DNA of 64,000 nucleotides from Euglena gracilis (taxonomy: Eukaryota), in assembly GCA_039621445.1 (NCBI GenBank), contig CP154954.1:26548954-26612953 (forward strand). Reading direction: 5' to 3'. The position numbers and the translations under genes are program-made. Positions 1 to 13,100 of this stretch are shown here, piece after piece. The notes under the pieces were generated by a model that saw only the letters and a list, made by a program, of their open reading frames with translations, did not search any database and was not told the DNA's origin. Each line of letters begins with the position of its first letter. Position 1 is the stretch's first letter.

Positions 1-635
1 GGCCGGGGTTTCCGGCTGGCATAGGTAGGGGGTGGGGCCGGGGTTGCCGGCTGGCATAGGTAGGGGGGGGCGGGCCCGGTGTTTCCGGCTGGCATAGGTG
101 GGGGGGGGGGCCGGGGTTGCCGGCTGGCATAGGTAGGGGCAGGGCCTTTTGTTGCCGCTGGCATAATAAGGGGGCCGGCACCCCCACCCTCCAACCCGGG
201 CCCCGCCCCCTACCTTGCCCGCGGCGCCGGAACCCCGAACCACACCCCCTACCTTGCAGCCGGCAACCCCATCCCGCCCCTCTATGCCAGACCAGGGGGG
301 ACCGGTGGGCTTGATTGGCATAGGTAGTGGGGCGGGGACCGGCGGCCTGGCCGGCTGGGCACAGGGGGTGGGGTGTCGGGGTTGACGCTGTCATAGGTAG
401 GGGGCTGGGGCCGGCGGTGCCGGCTGGCAGCAGGTAGGGGGCGGGTGGCCGAGGGTGCCAGGCTGGCATAGGTAGAGGGCGGGGCCGGGGGTGCCGGCTG
501 GCATAGGTAGGGGGCGGGGCCGGGGTGCCGGCTGGCATAGGTAGGGGCGGGGGCCGGGGTGCCGGCTGGCATAGGTAGGGGGCGGGGCCGGGGTGTGCCG
601 GCTGGCATAGGTAGGGGGTGGGGCGGCCGGGGTCA
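1..635. repeat. G-rich minisatellite, unit about 33 bp (GGCCGGGGTGCCGGCTGGCATAGGTAGGGGGCG-like)
   Basis: The core GGCTGGCATAGGTAGG recurs many times, with a short inverted patch at about 180-290. The Pro-rich ORFs here are by-products of the repeat. Confidence 0.85.
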
Positions 636-1329
636 TTATCCTATTTTCTTTGGTTCTTCGCTCATTTCCTCAACTTGCAGCAAAAAACCTCTGGCAGTTT
701 TTAAACAATAACCTGGCACGTAAAATCACGCAAAATTACGTACGACCTTGCAAATTAATTTTTTCCATGTAAAAGTCATGTGGAAAAAAAAGTAAAAATT
801 TGTTCAAGTAATTCTTCCAGTAAAATCAAACTAAATTCTGCAAAATCACACCAAAACCACATTGAATCACACACATTGTCATATGCCTCCTCTGTTGTCA
901 AGTTTTTTTAAAGCAATGCATTGCTTAAGGTTGGGGTCACGTTCTCAGTGTATACACGTGCCCATACCAACCAACCCATCCACACTCCCTCTTGACGGAA
1001 ATGCAACTAAGGACTAAAACACATCACCGACGTGCAACGTTTCCAATGCAAAGCTTAGGAGCTGTGTGTTCAAATCAAATTCAAAGCAGGGCTGTTGAAT
1101 TACCAAACATGTATAGAATTCTTTTTGAGATTTGTTCCCAGATCTATTCTTTTCAGTGCAATTTTTTTTAGGGCAAATAAATCCGTGGACAAATATAACA
1201 CAGAAAAGTTGAGTTCGTCATTTCCAAAAATGATTCAAATTGAAACGGCCACAGGTTCGAGGTTGGGCCTGGCGCACTGTTTCAAATGGCCACTTTCTTA
1301 AATGAGTCCTCGGTGGTGCGCGACCCCCG

Positions 1330-3524
1330 TCACACCACATCGATGCCTGGGGCCCCATCGTCCTTCTTCAGTTTCCCCGCGGCCTTCTTGGGCTGCAGCT
1401 GGCCCTGCAGGAACCGCTCCATGAAGCTGCCGTCCGTCGGGACCACTGCCTTCCCGGCCTGAGCGGGGGTGGCAGCAACGCGGCGCCGAGAACGGTGGTG
1501 TGGCCCCGGCACCGTCTGGAGGTCCCCCGGCCAATGTGAGGACTGCAGTGGGGAAAACGGGGCGTTCTTTTTGAATCAATTAAGGAGGCCTGTTAGAAGA
1601 AGAAAGATCCCCAATGCCATTCCGCAAAAAAAAATGCATCCTTGCAAGTGAGCAGGGTTTCCATGTTTCGTGGCAGGGACCACGGTTTCACATTCATGCT
1701 CACGCGTGATTATTCGGGATCGTTCGTTAGGCCAAAAACCTGCCGTTTTGTGCTAAACGATGGAGTGATGAGATTGAGTCCATACAGAAGCATTGGAAAT
1801 GCGCAGAATTCAAAAATTGCAGGTATTCACCATCATTCGTTGTGGATTCCATTGTCCAAACAAACACCTCCTTGACTTGAAATGAGAGGCATCACAAAAG
1901 CAGGAAGAAAATGGCAAGGAAGCTGTGTTTGCTCAATAAGAGGGCGGCACTCAACATCATCGTTCCAAAACAGAAGGATAATGGTCTGTTGGAATGCCAA
2001 GATGAATAAATTTCCATCTGATGCACTCTTTGGGGATGGGATAGCTGGTTCAGAGGATCACCAGATTTGTGAAAATATCATCCATTTGCAGAAACACTGT
2101 TTTCTGAAGGGGGGGAAAAAGGAAGATTTTAAAGGGGAAAATAATAATAAAAATAATAAATTTTCATTTGTGGTTATTTGTGATATTCATGATCATTTGT
2201 GATCATCAAAAAGCTGATGTTTATGATGATTCGTGATTACTTGTGATTACTTGCGGCACAAATCCGAGGGAATGCCTGAATTCACAGAGGCAGCATTGCC
2301 ACGAGGAGGGGGGGATTCCAAATGGCAAGGTACCTCAGCAGCCACCTACCCGCCTCCCCCCCCCTTGTCGTACGACCGGGTTCCTGCAACCTGTGACCGG
2401 GGGGGGGGGGCTGGTCGTAACATCTCCATAACCTGCAACCTGCGATCGGGGGGGGGGTGGTCGTAAATGAGGGGGCAGTCGTAGGTAAGGTGGCGTTAAA
2501 ATTTTTTCCAACCTGCAACCTGTGACCGGGGGGGGGGGGTCATAACACCCCATGACCTGCAACCTGTGACCAGTGGTGGTCGTAAATGAGGGGTGGTCGT
2601 ACGACAAGTGGGGGGGGGGGCGGGTAATGTTGAGGGCATGAAGGACGGCGGTAGTTCCAAGTTGTGGTGCTATCCAGGGGGGGGGGACACCCACCGCGTG
2701 AGGTCCCGGGGGGCTGCTTTCAAGGTCAAATCGGGACCAAAAGAAGAAAATGACCCAAAAAAGGCCAACGCTGAACAAACCAATAGAAACATGGGCGCAG
2801 AATTGTGGGAAGTCGCCCAAAATGGCCCGGAAAGCAACTGACTGGATTATGCAGGAATGAGCAGTATGTGCATTTTCAGAGGCCCTGGGACGATGGAGTC
2901 GGGGCGATGGCCCGGAAATCCAGCACTGCAAACAGAGCAAACAGCGCCAGGGGGAGGGGGCGGCACACCCCAGAGGGGGAGACGGTGGGGGCGAGGTTGG
3001 TAAGGGCCCGGGAGATCTGCAGCTGGCGGCCCCCGACCTCGACCCCGTTCATGCGCAGGGCCTCCTCGAAGGCCGCCGTGGTGCTGAATTCTGAGGGAGG
3101 GGCGGGTAATGGTTGGGGGGAGGCAAACAAGCAAACTTGGGGGAAAGAGGAAAGTATAAAAGTGCCAATGAGGGGGGAGATACGCAAAAAAAAACAGCAA
3201 ACAAATCCCAATCCCAACACCCAGATGAAAAAAAGGGTTATCTTCAAACGTTTCATTGCCTTTTTGCTACTTGGCTTTCCAGGTTATTCCCTCGGTGTTG
3301 GTGTGTCCCAGATGTCATGGCATGTCCCACATCACAGGTGTCAAGGGGGGCTCACCAATGGAGGCCTTGCGAGGGGACGCGGTGGCAACGAAGTCCATCC
3401 GGCGGATGGGGCCGCAGCGCGAGAAGAAGCCCCGCAGCCGCTCCTCCACCACGGAATCATCGACGTTTGTGATGGCCACCGTCCGGATCACGGACATCTC
3501 GGGCGGGCCATTGTGCGGGCTACC
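1330..3524 (-). CDS. RRM-domain RNA-binding protein, 3' part, GT-AG spliced (exons 3524-3356, 3090-2969, 1542-1330)
   Basis: The spliced product reads SVIRTVAITNVDDSVVEERLRGFFSRCGPIRRMDF...ASI|EFSTTAAFEEALRMNGVEVGGRQLQISRA, an RRM pattern. Intron 3355-3091 is GTGAG...CTCAG and in frame. There is a pyrimidine tract plus CAG before 3524 and before 1542, and a GTGTG donor at 2968. The last exon contains DGSFMERF and the TGA stop. Upstream exons, and a possible extra exon near 2630-2715, are unresolved. Confidence 0.75.
2349..2624. mobile_element. TA-flanked MITE (Tc1/mariner-type ends)
   Basis: TA|CCCGCC..CCCTTGTCGTACGACC ... GGTCGTACGACAAG..GGCGGG|TA, with internal ACCTGCAACCTGTGACC repeats. 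Confidence 0.7.
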
Positions 3525-4110
3525 CTGGCAGAGAACGGAACAGAATGAAAGAACAAATGAAAATGAACAACAACGTTAGAGGATGGAAGCGGCTGCAACA
3601 GAAACAGTGCTTGTTAGACTTGTTGATTCCAGAAAAGCGTATAACTTGTTTGGCCTTTGATGGTCAAAGCGGATTCATTCATCTTCATGCCATCATGAAG
3701 ATGGCAGCCAAACGCTCGCAGCAACAACTTGAATACATTTGTGAGCAAGTACATTACCAAAAACCCATTAGTTGCAAGGACCAGGAGGGTGGGGTATTCA
3801 GCAAAAATATAGTAGGAGCCAATGAGTGGTGTGGTCAGATGAGGGGAGGAGAAAACAACATGACTGAACAAAACAGTCCGCTTCTTACACAAAATGATTT
3901 CTTTCAACTGATTTGTATGTTGTTCAATTTGAAAGCACTGTGATATGAAGAGCAAAAATATCTCATTTCAGTCTGATGGATGTGTGTTGTCAGTCCGGTA
4001 CATGAGCTTTTTCAATGCATTGTCAGATTGATGTGCATTTTCAGGTCCGTGGATGCGTTTTCAGGTGGGTGGATGTGTGTTTTCAGTGGTGCACGTTCGC
4101 TTTCAGTCCA

Positions 4111-4111
4111 G

Positions 4112-4143
<32 letters not shown>

Positions 4144-4301
4144 CGTGGGTGGGTGGGTGGGTGGGTGGGTGGGTGGGTGAGAGGGTGCGTGCGTGCGTGC
4201 GTGCGTCCGTGCGTGAGGGCGGGCGGGCGAGGGCGGGGCGGGCGGGCGGGCGGGCGGGCGAGCGGGCGGGCGGGCGGGCGGGCGGGCGGGCGGGCGGGCG
4301 G

Positions 4302-4384
<83 letters not shown>

Positions 4385-4385
4385 T
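4111..4385. repeat. Compound microsatellite (GT)n/(GGGT)n/(GCGT)n/(GGGC)n
   Basis: Read directly from the sequence. Confidence 0.95.
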
Positions 4386-5715
4386 GTGTTCAGGCCGGTG
4401 GATGTGTGTTTTCGGTCCAGTGCACGTTCGTTTTCAGTGCAGTGTGTGGCGTTTTTAGTCTGGTGGATGTGTGTTTTCAGTACAGTGATTCTGCGTTGTT
4501 GATTTTCAGGCCGGTGTATGTTCGTTTTCAGTCTGGAAAATGTGCGTTCTCAGCCCGTGGATGTGCACTTTCGGTCCGGTGGATGTGCATTATCAGGCCA
4601 ACAGATTTGTGTTTCCAGTCCAGTGGATGTGTGTTTTCAGGTGAGTGGGTGAGCGTTTTAAACGAATGGTCATTCTAATGTGTATGTGTTTTCTGGTTGG
4701 TGGATGTGCGTTATCAGTCCAGGGGACGTGCGTTTTCAAGTGAATGCTTTTTCACACTAATGGATGTGTGTTTCCAGTACGGTGGCTGTGCGTTTTCAGG
4801 TGTGCTTTCAGTCTGGTGGATGAGTGTTTTAAATGAGTGGTCAGTCTAAGTGTGTGTGCTTTCAGTCCGGTGGATGTGCATTTTCCATCCGTTGGATGAG
4901 CGCTGAAAATGCCAGCAGGAGGGGACCCAATATGGACCCTCAAAAAACGCGAGGCAAAAAAAAAACGCAAAAACAAACGCAAAAAAAACACAAATTGCAT
5001 GTAAAATCCTTCAGTAGCTCCCCCGGGATGTTCACTTTTCCAATGGAGAGGACTGGAAAAAAAATCACAAAAAATGCCAAAATTTTTCTTCTTGGGGAGA
5101 AGTCGGGGGTTAAAACAAGGGTTTGTCTTTTTTTCAGACAGGTGAATGCCTGTGATCGGGTCGGTGGATATGTGTTTCCAGTCAAGTTGTTGTGTGCATT
5201 TCCAGTCCAGTGGATGTGTGTTTTCATGCTGGTGGATTTGTGTTTTCAGGCCAGTGGGTGTGTGTTTTCAGTCCAGTGGATGTGTGAATTCAAGGCCGGT
5301 GCTTGTGCGTATTCAGGGTGGTGGATGTGAAATTTCAGTCCGCAGTGGATGTGCGATATCAGTCCAGTGGATGTGCGTATTCCATTGGGTAGATGTGTGT
5401 TTCAATTCTGTTGGATGTGTGTTTTCAGTCTGCGTTTTCAGGTCTGTGATGGACAAGTATCAGGCGGGTGTGCTTTCTGACACATTTGCGTTTTCAGGCT
5501 GGTGGATGTGCTTTTCAGTTCAATGGATGTGCGTTTTCAGGCCGGTGGATGTGCGTTTTTACGCCGATGAAAATGTGTTTTTGGGGTGGATATGCATTTC
5601 AAGTTCTTTGGTGTGATTCTTCAGACTGTATTTTGGGGGGGGGGGGCGTTGCCAGGTGGATGTCCATTTTCAGCCTGGTGGATGTGCATATTGAGTCCAA
5701 TGGATGTGAATTTTA

Positions 5716-7180
5716 ACTTCCCCTCTTGTCCAACGACCACTACCTCCCCCCCCCTTGCCCAACGACCACTAAATATCGCTACTGACTGGTGGTCGTTATT
5801 TTGGCCAAATATCGCTACTGACCGGGGGGTGGTCGTTAGACAAGACCGGGGTCAAAAAATTTTCTCCCGCATGCACAAAATGGTCACAAAATGGTCACAA
5901 AATGGCCAAAGGTGGTCAAAATGGGGTAAAAAGTGGATAAAAGCGGTCAGAAGTGGCTTAAAATGGCCACAAATGTGAAAAAAAAATAGCCAGAAGCAGC
6001 CAAAAATTGGCATAAATGAAGCAAAAATGCATTCATAGCATCCAAAAGTGGCCAAATTTGCCAAATGCAGCCCACAGTGGCCAAAAGTGGCCAAAAGTGG
6101 CCCAAAATGGCCAAAACATGGCCAAAAAAAGGCCAAAAGTTGCCAATTTGCAGGAAACCAGGCAAAAAAAACTTGTTGACCAGGTACAAAATCTGCCATG
6201 AAAGCTGTAAGAAAAGGCTGGAGGTAAGAACGCGAACGTGTGGAAAAAAGATCACCTGGAAAAAGATCGCTACTGACCGGGGGGGTGGTCGTTGGACAAG
6301 GCCGGTCGTTGGACAGGGGGGGGGGGGAGGAGGGAGTGTTCATCTCCGACTGGGGTGGAGGGCGGGGTAAAATAGCCAATGTTCGTCTCCGGGGTGTTGT
6401 TCGACAAAGGGGAGATTTTTGCCACTGTTGACCATTTTTGGCCTTTTCACCATCTTGGTTAACTCTTGGCAAAAAGGAAGGCCAAAAGTGGCCAAAATCG
6501 CTTAAAAGCAAATAACATAATAAATAAAATTATTATAAGTTATATAAGTTATATAAAATATATATACATATATATATGTATATATACATATATGTATATA
6601 AATATATGTGTGTGTAGATATACATATATAGATATATATATATATCTATATATATATATATATATAGATATATAGATCTATAGATAGATATATATATATC
6701 TATATATATAGATATATCTATCTAGATATATATATATATATATATATATATCTATATATATATATATATATATATAACAAAATTGCCAAAAAAACAGCCA
6801 AAAATATTCATATATCCCCATATGGTCAATATTTTTGTTATGTCATTGGCCACTTTTAAGTGTTTTTGGCCACTTTTGACCACTTTTACCAAGAGTTAAC
6901 CAAAATGGTCAAAAGGCCAAAAATGACCAACAGTGGCAAAAAAAAAATGGTCAACAGGGGACAAAAACTGACCAAAAATGGCCAAAGGTGACCAAACGTG
7001 GCCAAAAAAAAATACCCAAAGGTGGCCAAAAGTGGCTAAAAAAGGTCGAAAAAAAAACGTAAAAAAAGCGAAACTAATCGCACAACTCTTCCCATACTCA
7101 TGGGACCAACATCAGATACAAAAGGACCGCTTCTGACTGGGGGGGGGGGGTTGTTGGACATGCAAGGTCCCTGGACAAGG
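5716..7180. mobile_element. Composite insertion in the satellite: GTCCAACGAC/GTCGTTGGAC MITE family, TGGCCAAAA short repeats and a (TA)n tract; second copy at about 21449-22930
   Basis: The TACCTCCCCCCC-type start and GTCGTTGGACA(G)nAGG end are shared with the element at 53338-53528. (TA)n-rich tract at about 6530-6775. Confidence 0.6.
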
Positions 7181-10100
7181 AGGGGAGGTGATGACGGTGA
7201 ATGGGCGTTGCAGGCTGGTGCACTTTGGTGCATGTGCACGCCGTATGTTTTTAAGTATGGATGTGCATATTTAGGTGTGTGGATGTGGGATTTCAGTCCA
7301 GTTGATGTGCGTGAACGCCTACAACACGGTGGACGTGTGTCTTCAGTCTGGCGGATGTGTGTTTTCAGTCCGGTGGATGTGTGTTTAGTCCGCTAGATGT
7401 GCATTTCTACGGGGGTGGATGTGTGATTTCAGTCTGGTTGATGTGCGTGTGTGTGACTTCAGTCCGGTGGACGTGCGTTTTCAGTCTGGTGGATGTGCGC
7501 TTTCAGTCCGCTAGATGAGCTTTTTCAGGTGGGTGGATATGCGGCTTCAGTCCGGTGGATTTGTGTTTTCAGTCCGGTGGACGTGTGTTTTCAGTCCGGT
7601 GGATGTGCATTTTCAGTCCAGTGGATGTGTGTTTCCAGGCTGCTGGATGTACTTTTGCAAACCAGTGCAGGAGGGTGGACGTGCACTAGCAGCTCGGTGA
7701 ACGTACGTTTTCAGGTAGACGGATGTGTGTTTTCAGTTCAGTGGATGTGCTAGTTTTCAGTCCGGTGGATTCGGTCTGGTGGATGTGTGTTCTCAGTCCG
7801 GTGGATGTGTGTTTTCAGTCTGGTGGATGTGCATCTTCTGTCCGGTGGATATGTGTTTTCAGTCTGGTGGATGTGCGTTTTCAGTCCGGTGGATGTGTGT
7901 TTTATGTCCGGTGGATGTGTGTTTTCAGTCCGGTGGATGTGCGTTGTCAGTCTGGTGGATGTGTGTTCTCAGTCTGGTGGATGTGCGTTATCAATCTGGT
8001 GGATGTACGTCTTCAATCCGGCGGATGTGTGTTCTCAGTCCGGTGGATATGTGTGTTTTCAGGTAGGAGGATGTGTGTTAATTCCGAGATATGTGCTTTT
8101 TCAGCTTGGTGGATACGTATTCTCAGTCCGGTGGATGTGCATATTCAGCCTGGCGGATGTACGTTTTTAGTCTGGCTGATGTGTGTTTTAAGGTCGGTGG
8201 ACGTGCGGTTTCAGTCCGGTGGATGTGCGTTTTCGGGTCGGTAGATGTGCGTTTTCAGTCCGGTGTCTGTGCAGTTTGGCGCTGTGGATGTTCATTTTCA
8301 GTCTGGCTGATGTGTGTTTTCAGCCTGGTGGATAAGCAGTTGCAGGTCCTGCAAACCCACATCTGAGTGATGTGGGTTTTCGGGTGGGCGAAGATGTGGG
8401 GGGATCTGTGCTTTCAGTCCGGTAGATGTGCTTTTTTCAGTCCGGTGGATGTGTGTTTTCAGTTTCATGGATATCCGCTTCCAGTCCGGTGGATGTGCGT
8501 CTTCAGTGCGTGTATGTGCTTTTTCAGTCCGGTGGATGTGGGACTTCAGCACGGTGGACGTATATTTTAAGTCCCGTGGATGTATAGTCTCAGCTTGGTG
8601 TATGCATCTTCAATCCAGTGGATGTGCGTTTTCAGTTTGGAAAATGTGTCTTTTCAGGTGGGAGGATGTGCGTTTTTAGTCCAGTGGATGTGCGTCTTCA
8701 GTCCGGTGGATGTGCGATTTCAGGTCGGTGGATGCGAGTTTTCAGGTAAGTGGATGTCCGTTTTCAGGTCAATGGATGTACATTTTCATTCCTGTGGACG
8801 TGCGTCTTTAGTCCGGTGGACGTCCGTTTTCAGGTTCGGTGGATACGAGTTTTCAGTCCAATGGATGTGTATTTTCAGTCCGTTAGATGTACACTTTCAA
8901 TCCATTGGATGTGTGTTCAGTTAGGTGGATGTGTGTTTTCAGTTGAGTGCACGTGTGTTTTCAGTCCGGTGGAGTGTGCTTTCAGCGAGGTGGAAATGTG
9001 TGTTTTCAGTCCTGTGAACGTGCGTTAAAGCGGTGGATGTGCGTTTTCAGTGAAGTGAATGTGTTTTCTCAGTCCGGTGGATGTGCGTTATCAGTCCGGT
9101 GGATGTGTGTTTTCAGTCAGGTAGACGTGCATATTCAGTTCGGTGGATGTACGCTTTCATTATGGTGTCTGTTCATTTTCAGTGCGGTGTATGTGTGTTT
9201 TCAGTCCAGATGTGTGTTTTCAGTCCGGTGGACGAGCATTTTCAGTCAGGTAAATGTGCGTTTTCAGTCGGGTGGATGTGTGTTTTCTGTCCAGTGCACG
9301 TGCGTTTCCAGTCCGGTGGTTGTGCATTTTCAGTCCGGTGGATTTGCATTTTCAGGTGGGTCGATGTGCGTTTTAGTCCGGTGGACGTGTGGGTGCGTCT
9401 TCAGTCCGGTGGACGTGTGTTCTCAATCCGGTGGATGTACGGTTTCAGTCCGGATGTGTGCTTTCAGTCCGGTGATGAGCATTTTCAGGTAGGCGGATGT
9501 GCGTTTTCAGTCCGGTGGATATGTGTTTTCAGTCCAGTGCACGTGCCTTTCCAGTCTGGTGGATGTGCATTTTCAATCCGGTGGATTTGCATTCTCAGTC
9601 CGGTGGACGTGTGTGTGCATATGCAGTCCGGTGGACGTGTGCTTTCAATGTGGTGGATGTGAATTTTCAGTCCGATGGACGTGTGTTTTCAGGTGGGTGA
9701 ATGTGTGTGTTCAGTCCGGTGGATGTACGTTTTCAGTCTGGTGGATGTGCATTTTCAGTCCAGTGGATGTGCATTTTGAGTCCGGTGGGTGTTCGTTTCT
9801 GTCCGGTGGATGTGCATTTTCAGTCTGGTGGATGTGTGTTTTCAGTCCAATGGATGTGCGTTTTCAGGTGGGTGGATTTGCGTTCTGAGTCCGGTTGACG
9901 TGTGTGTGCGTCTGTTTTCCGGTGGATGTGCGTTTTCAGTCCGGTGGGTGTGCATTTTCAGTACGATGGTTGCGTGTTTTCAGTCCGGTGGATATGTATT
10001 TCTGTCCGGTGGATGTGAGTCTTCAGTCTGGTGAATGTGTGTTTTCAGTCCGGTGGATGTACATTATCAGTCTGGTCTTCAATCCGGTGGGTGTATGTTT

Positions 10101-13100
10101 TCAGTGAGGTGGACGTGCGTTTTCAGTCCGGTGGATGTGCATTTACAGTCCGATGAATGTGTGTTTTCAGTCCGGTGGATGTGCTCTTTCAGTCTGGTGG
10201 ATGAGCACTTTCAGTCCGGTGGATGTGGGTTTTTGGGCCATTGGATGTGCGTTCTCAGTCCGGTGGATGTGTGTTCAGTGCGGTGGATGTGCTCATTCAA
10301 TTGACAGAATGTGTCTCTTCAGTCCAATGGATGTGCGTTTTCATTGGGGTGAACGTGTGTTTTCAGTCCGGTTGATGTGTGTTTTCAGTGCGGTGGATGT
10401 ACATTTTCTGTCAGGTGGACGTGTGTTTTCATTCTGGTGGATGTGTGTATTCACTCCTCTGGGCGTGCGTCTTTAGTACGGTGGATGTGCCTTTTCCGTC
10501 TGGTGGACACGTGTTATCAGTACACTGGTGTGTGTTCTCAGTCTGGTGGAAAGGTGTGTTTTCAGTCAGGTGGATGTGCATTTTCAGTCTGGTGGATGTG
10601 TGTTTTCAGTCTGCTGGATATGCGTTATCAATCCGGTGAGGTGGGTTTTCAGTCCGGTGGATGTGCAGTATGAGTCCGGTGAACGTGCGTTTTCTGTCCG
10701 GTGGGTGTGCCTTCCAGTCCGGTGGATGTGCGTTTTCAGTCCGGTGGAGGTAAGTTTTCAGTGAGGTGTATGTGCGTTTTCAGTCCAGTCGATGTTCATT
10801 TTCAGTCCAGTGGATGCGCGCTTTCAGTACGGTGGATGTTTGTTTTCTGTCCGATGGATGTGTGATATCAGTCCACTGAGTATGGGTTTTCAGTCAGGTG
10901 GATGTAAGTTTTCAGTCCGGTGGGCGTACATTTTAAGTCCGGTGGATGTGGGTTTGCAGTGCGGTGGATGTGCCTTTTCAGCAAAATGGGTGGTGCACTT
11001 TCAGTACGGTGGATGTGTGTTTTCTGTCCGATGGATGTGTGATTTCAGTCCACTGAATGTGCGTTTTCAGTCCGGTGGATGTACATTTTCAGTCCGGCAT
11101 GTGTGTTTTCAGTCCAGTGGATGTGCATTTTTAGTCCGGTGGATATGTGTTCAGTCCGGTGATTGTTCGTTTTCAGTCCGGTGGATGTGCCTCTTCAGTC
11201 CGGTGGATGTGTGTTTTCAGTCCGGTGGATGTACGCTTTCAGTCCGGTGGGCGCACGGTTTAAGTCCGGTGGATGTGGGTTTGCAGTGCAGTGGATGTGT
11301 GTTTTCAATCCGGTGGCTGTGTGTTTTCAATCCGGTGGATGTGCATTTTTAGTCTGGTGGATATGCGTTATCAGTCCACTGGATGTGCGTTTTCAGTCCG
11401 ATGGACGTGCACTTTCAGTCCGGTTCCTGTGTGATTCAGTCTTGTGGATGTGCATTTTCAGTCCAGTGGATGTGCATTTAATTCGGGAGGATGTGTGTTT
11501 TCAGTCCGGTAGATGTACACTTTGAGTCCGATGGATTTTCATTTTTAGTCCTGTGGAGGTTCATTTTCTGTCCGGTGGATGTTCATTTTCAGCTTGGTGA
11601 ACGTTCATTGCAATTCCACTGGATGTGAGTTTTAAGTCCGGTGGATGTTTGTTTTCAGTCCGGTTAATGCGCGCTTTCGGTGAACGTGTGCCTTCAATCC
11701 GGTGGATGCGCGGTTTCAGTCCGGTGGATGTTCATTTTCAGTCCGGTGGATGTGCACTTTTTGTCCGGTGGATGTGCCCTTTCAGTCCGGTCAATGTGTG
11801 TGTTCAGTCTGGTGGATGTGTGTCTTCAGTCTGGTGGATGTGTGTTCAGTCCGGTGGGTAAACATCTTCAATCCGGTGAATGTTCATTTTCAGTCCCATA
11901 GATATGTGTTTTCATTCTGGTGGATGTGTGCGCATTCAGTGCGGTGGGTGTGCATTTTCAGTCCGTTGGATATGTTTTCAGGTCGGTGGACATGCGCTTT
12001 CAGTCCGGTGAATATGTGTTTTCAGCCAGTCGATGTACAACTTGAGTCCGAATGTATGAGTGGATGTTTGTTTTCAGTCTGCTGCATGTGATTTTTCAGT
12101 CCGGTAGCTGTGCGCTTTCAGTCCGGTGGATGTGGGTTTTCAGTCCGGTGGATGTGAGTTTTTAGTCCGGTGGATGTGCTGTGTCAATCTGGTTAACGTC
12201 CGTCTTCTGTCTGGTGGGTGTGTTTGCAGTTCGGTGGATGTACGTTATCAGTTCGGTGGATGTTCATTTTCATTCTGGTGGATGTACGTTTTCAGTGTGG
12301 TGGATCTGCATTTTGAGTCCGGTGAATATGTGTTTTCAGTCAGGCATACGTATATTCCCAGGTCGCGGGACGTGTGTTTTAAGTCCGGTGAACGTACGTT
12401 TTCAGTCAGATAGATGTGTGTTTTCAGTCTGTTGGATGTGTGTTTTCATTCCGGTGCATGTGCATTTTCAGTCTGGTGGATGTGTGTTATCAGTCTTGTG
12501 TATGTGCGTTTACAGGTCGGTGGATGTGTGTTTTTAGTTTTTATTCCGGTGGATGTGTGTGTTCTGTCCGGTGGATGTGTGTTTTCAGTCCGCTGGATGT
12601 ACGTTTTCAGCGGTGGGTCTGTGTTTTTAGTCCGGTGGTTGTGCACTTCCATCTGGTGCATGTGCGTTTTCAGTCTGGTGGATGTGCGTCTTCAGTCCGG
12701 TGGATGTGCGTTTTCAGTCCGCTGGATGTACATTTTCAGTCCGGTGGATGTGCGTTTTCAGTCCATGCATTTCCAGGCTGGTGCACATGCATTTTTCAGG
12801 CCACTGGATGTGTGTTTTAAGTCTGGGGATGTGCGGTTTAACAATCTGTGGATATATGCTTTTAGTCCGGTGTGTGTTTTCAGTCCGCTAAATGTGCATT
12901 TTCTGTCTGGTGGGTGTGTGTTTTCAAGTCGGTGGTTGTGCACTTTCAGTCTGGTGGATGTGTGTTTTCAGCCAGGTGGATGTTCACTTTCAGTCAAGTG
13001 GACGTGCATCAGTCCGGTGAATGTGCTTTATCTGTCCGGTGGACATGTGCTTTCAATATGGTGGATGTGTGTTTTCAGTCCGGTTTATGCGCGTTTTCAG

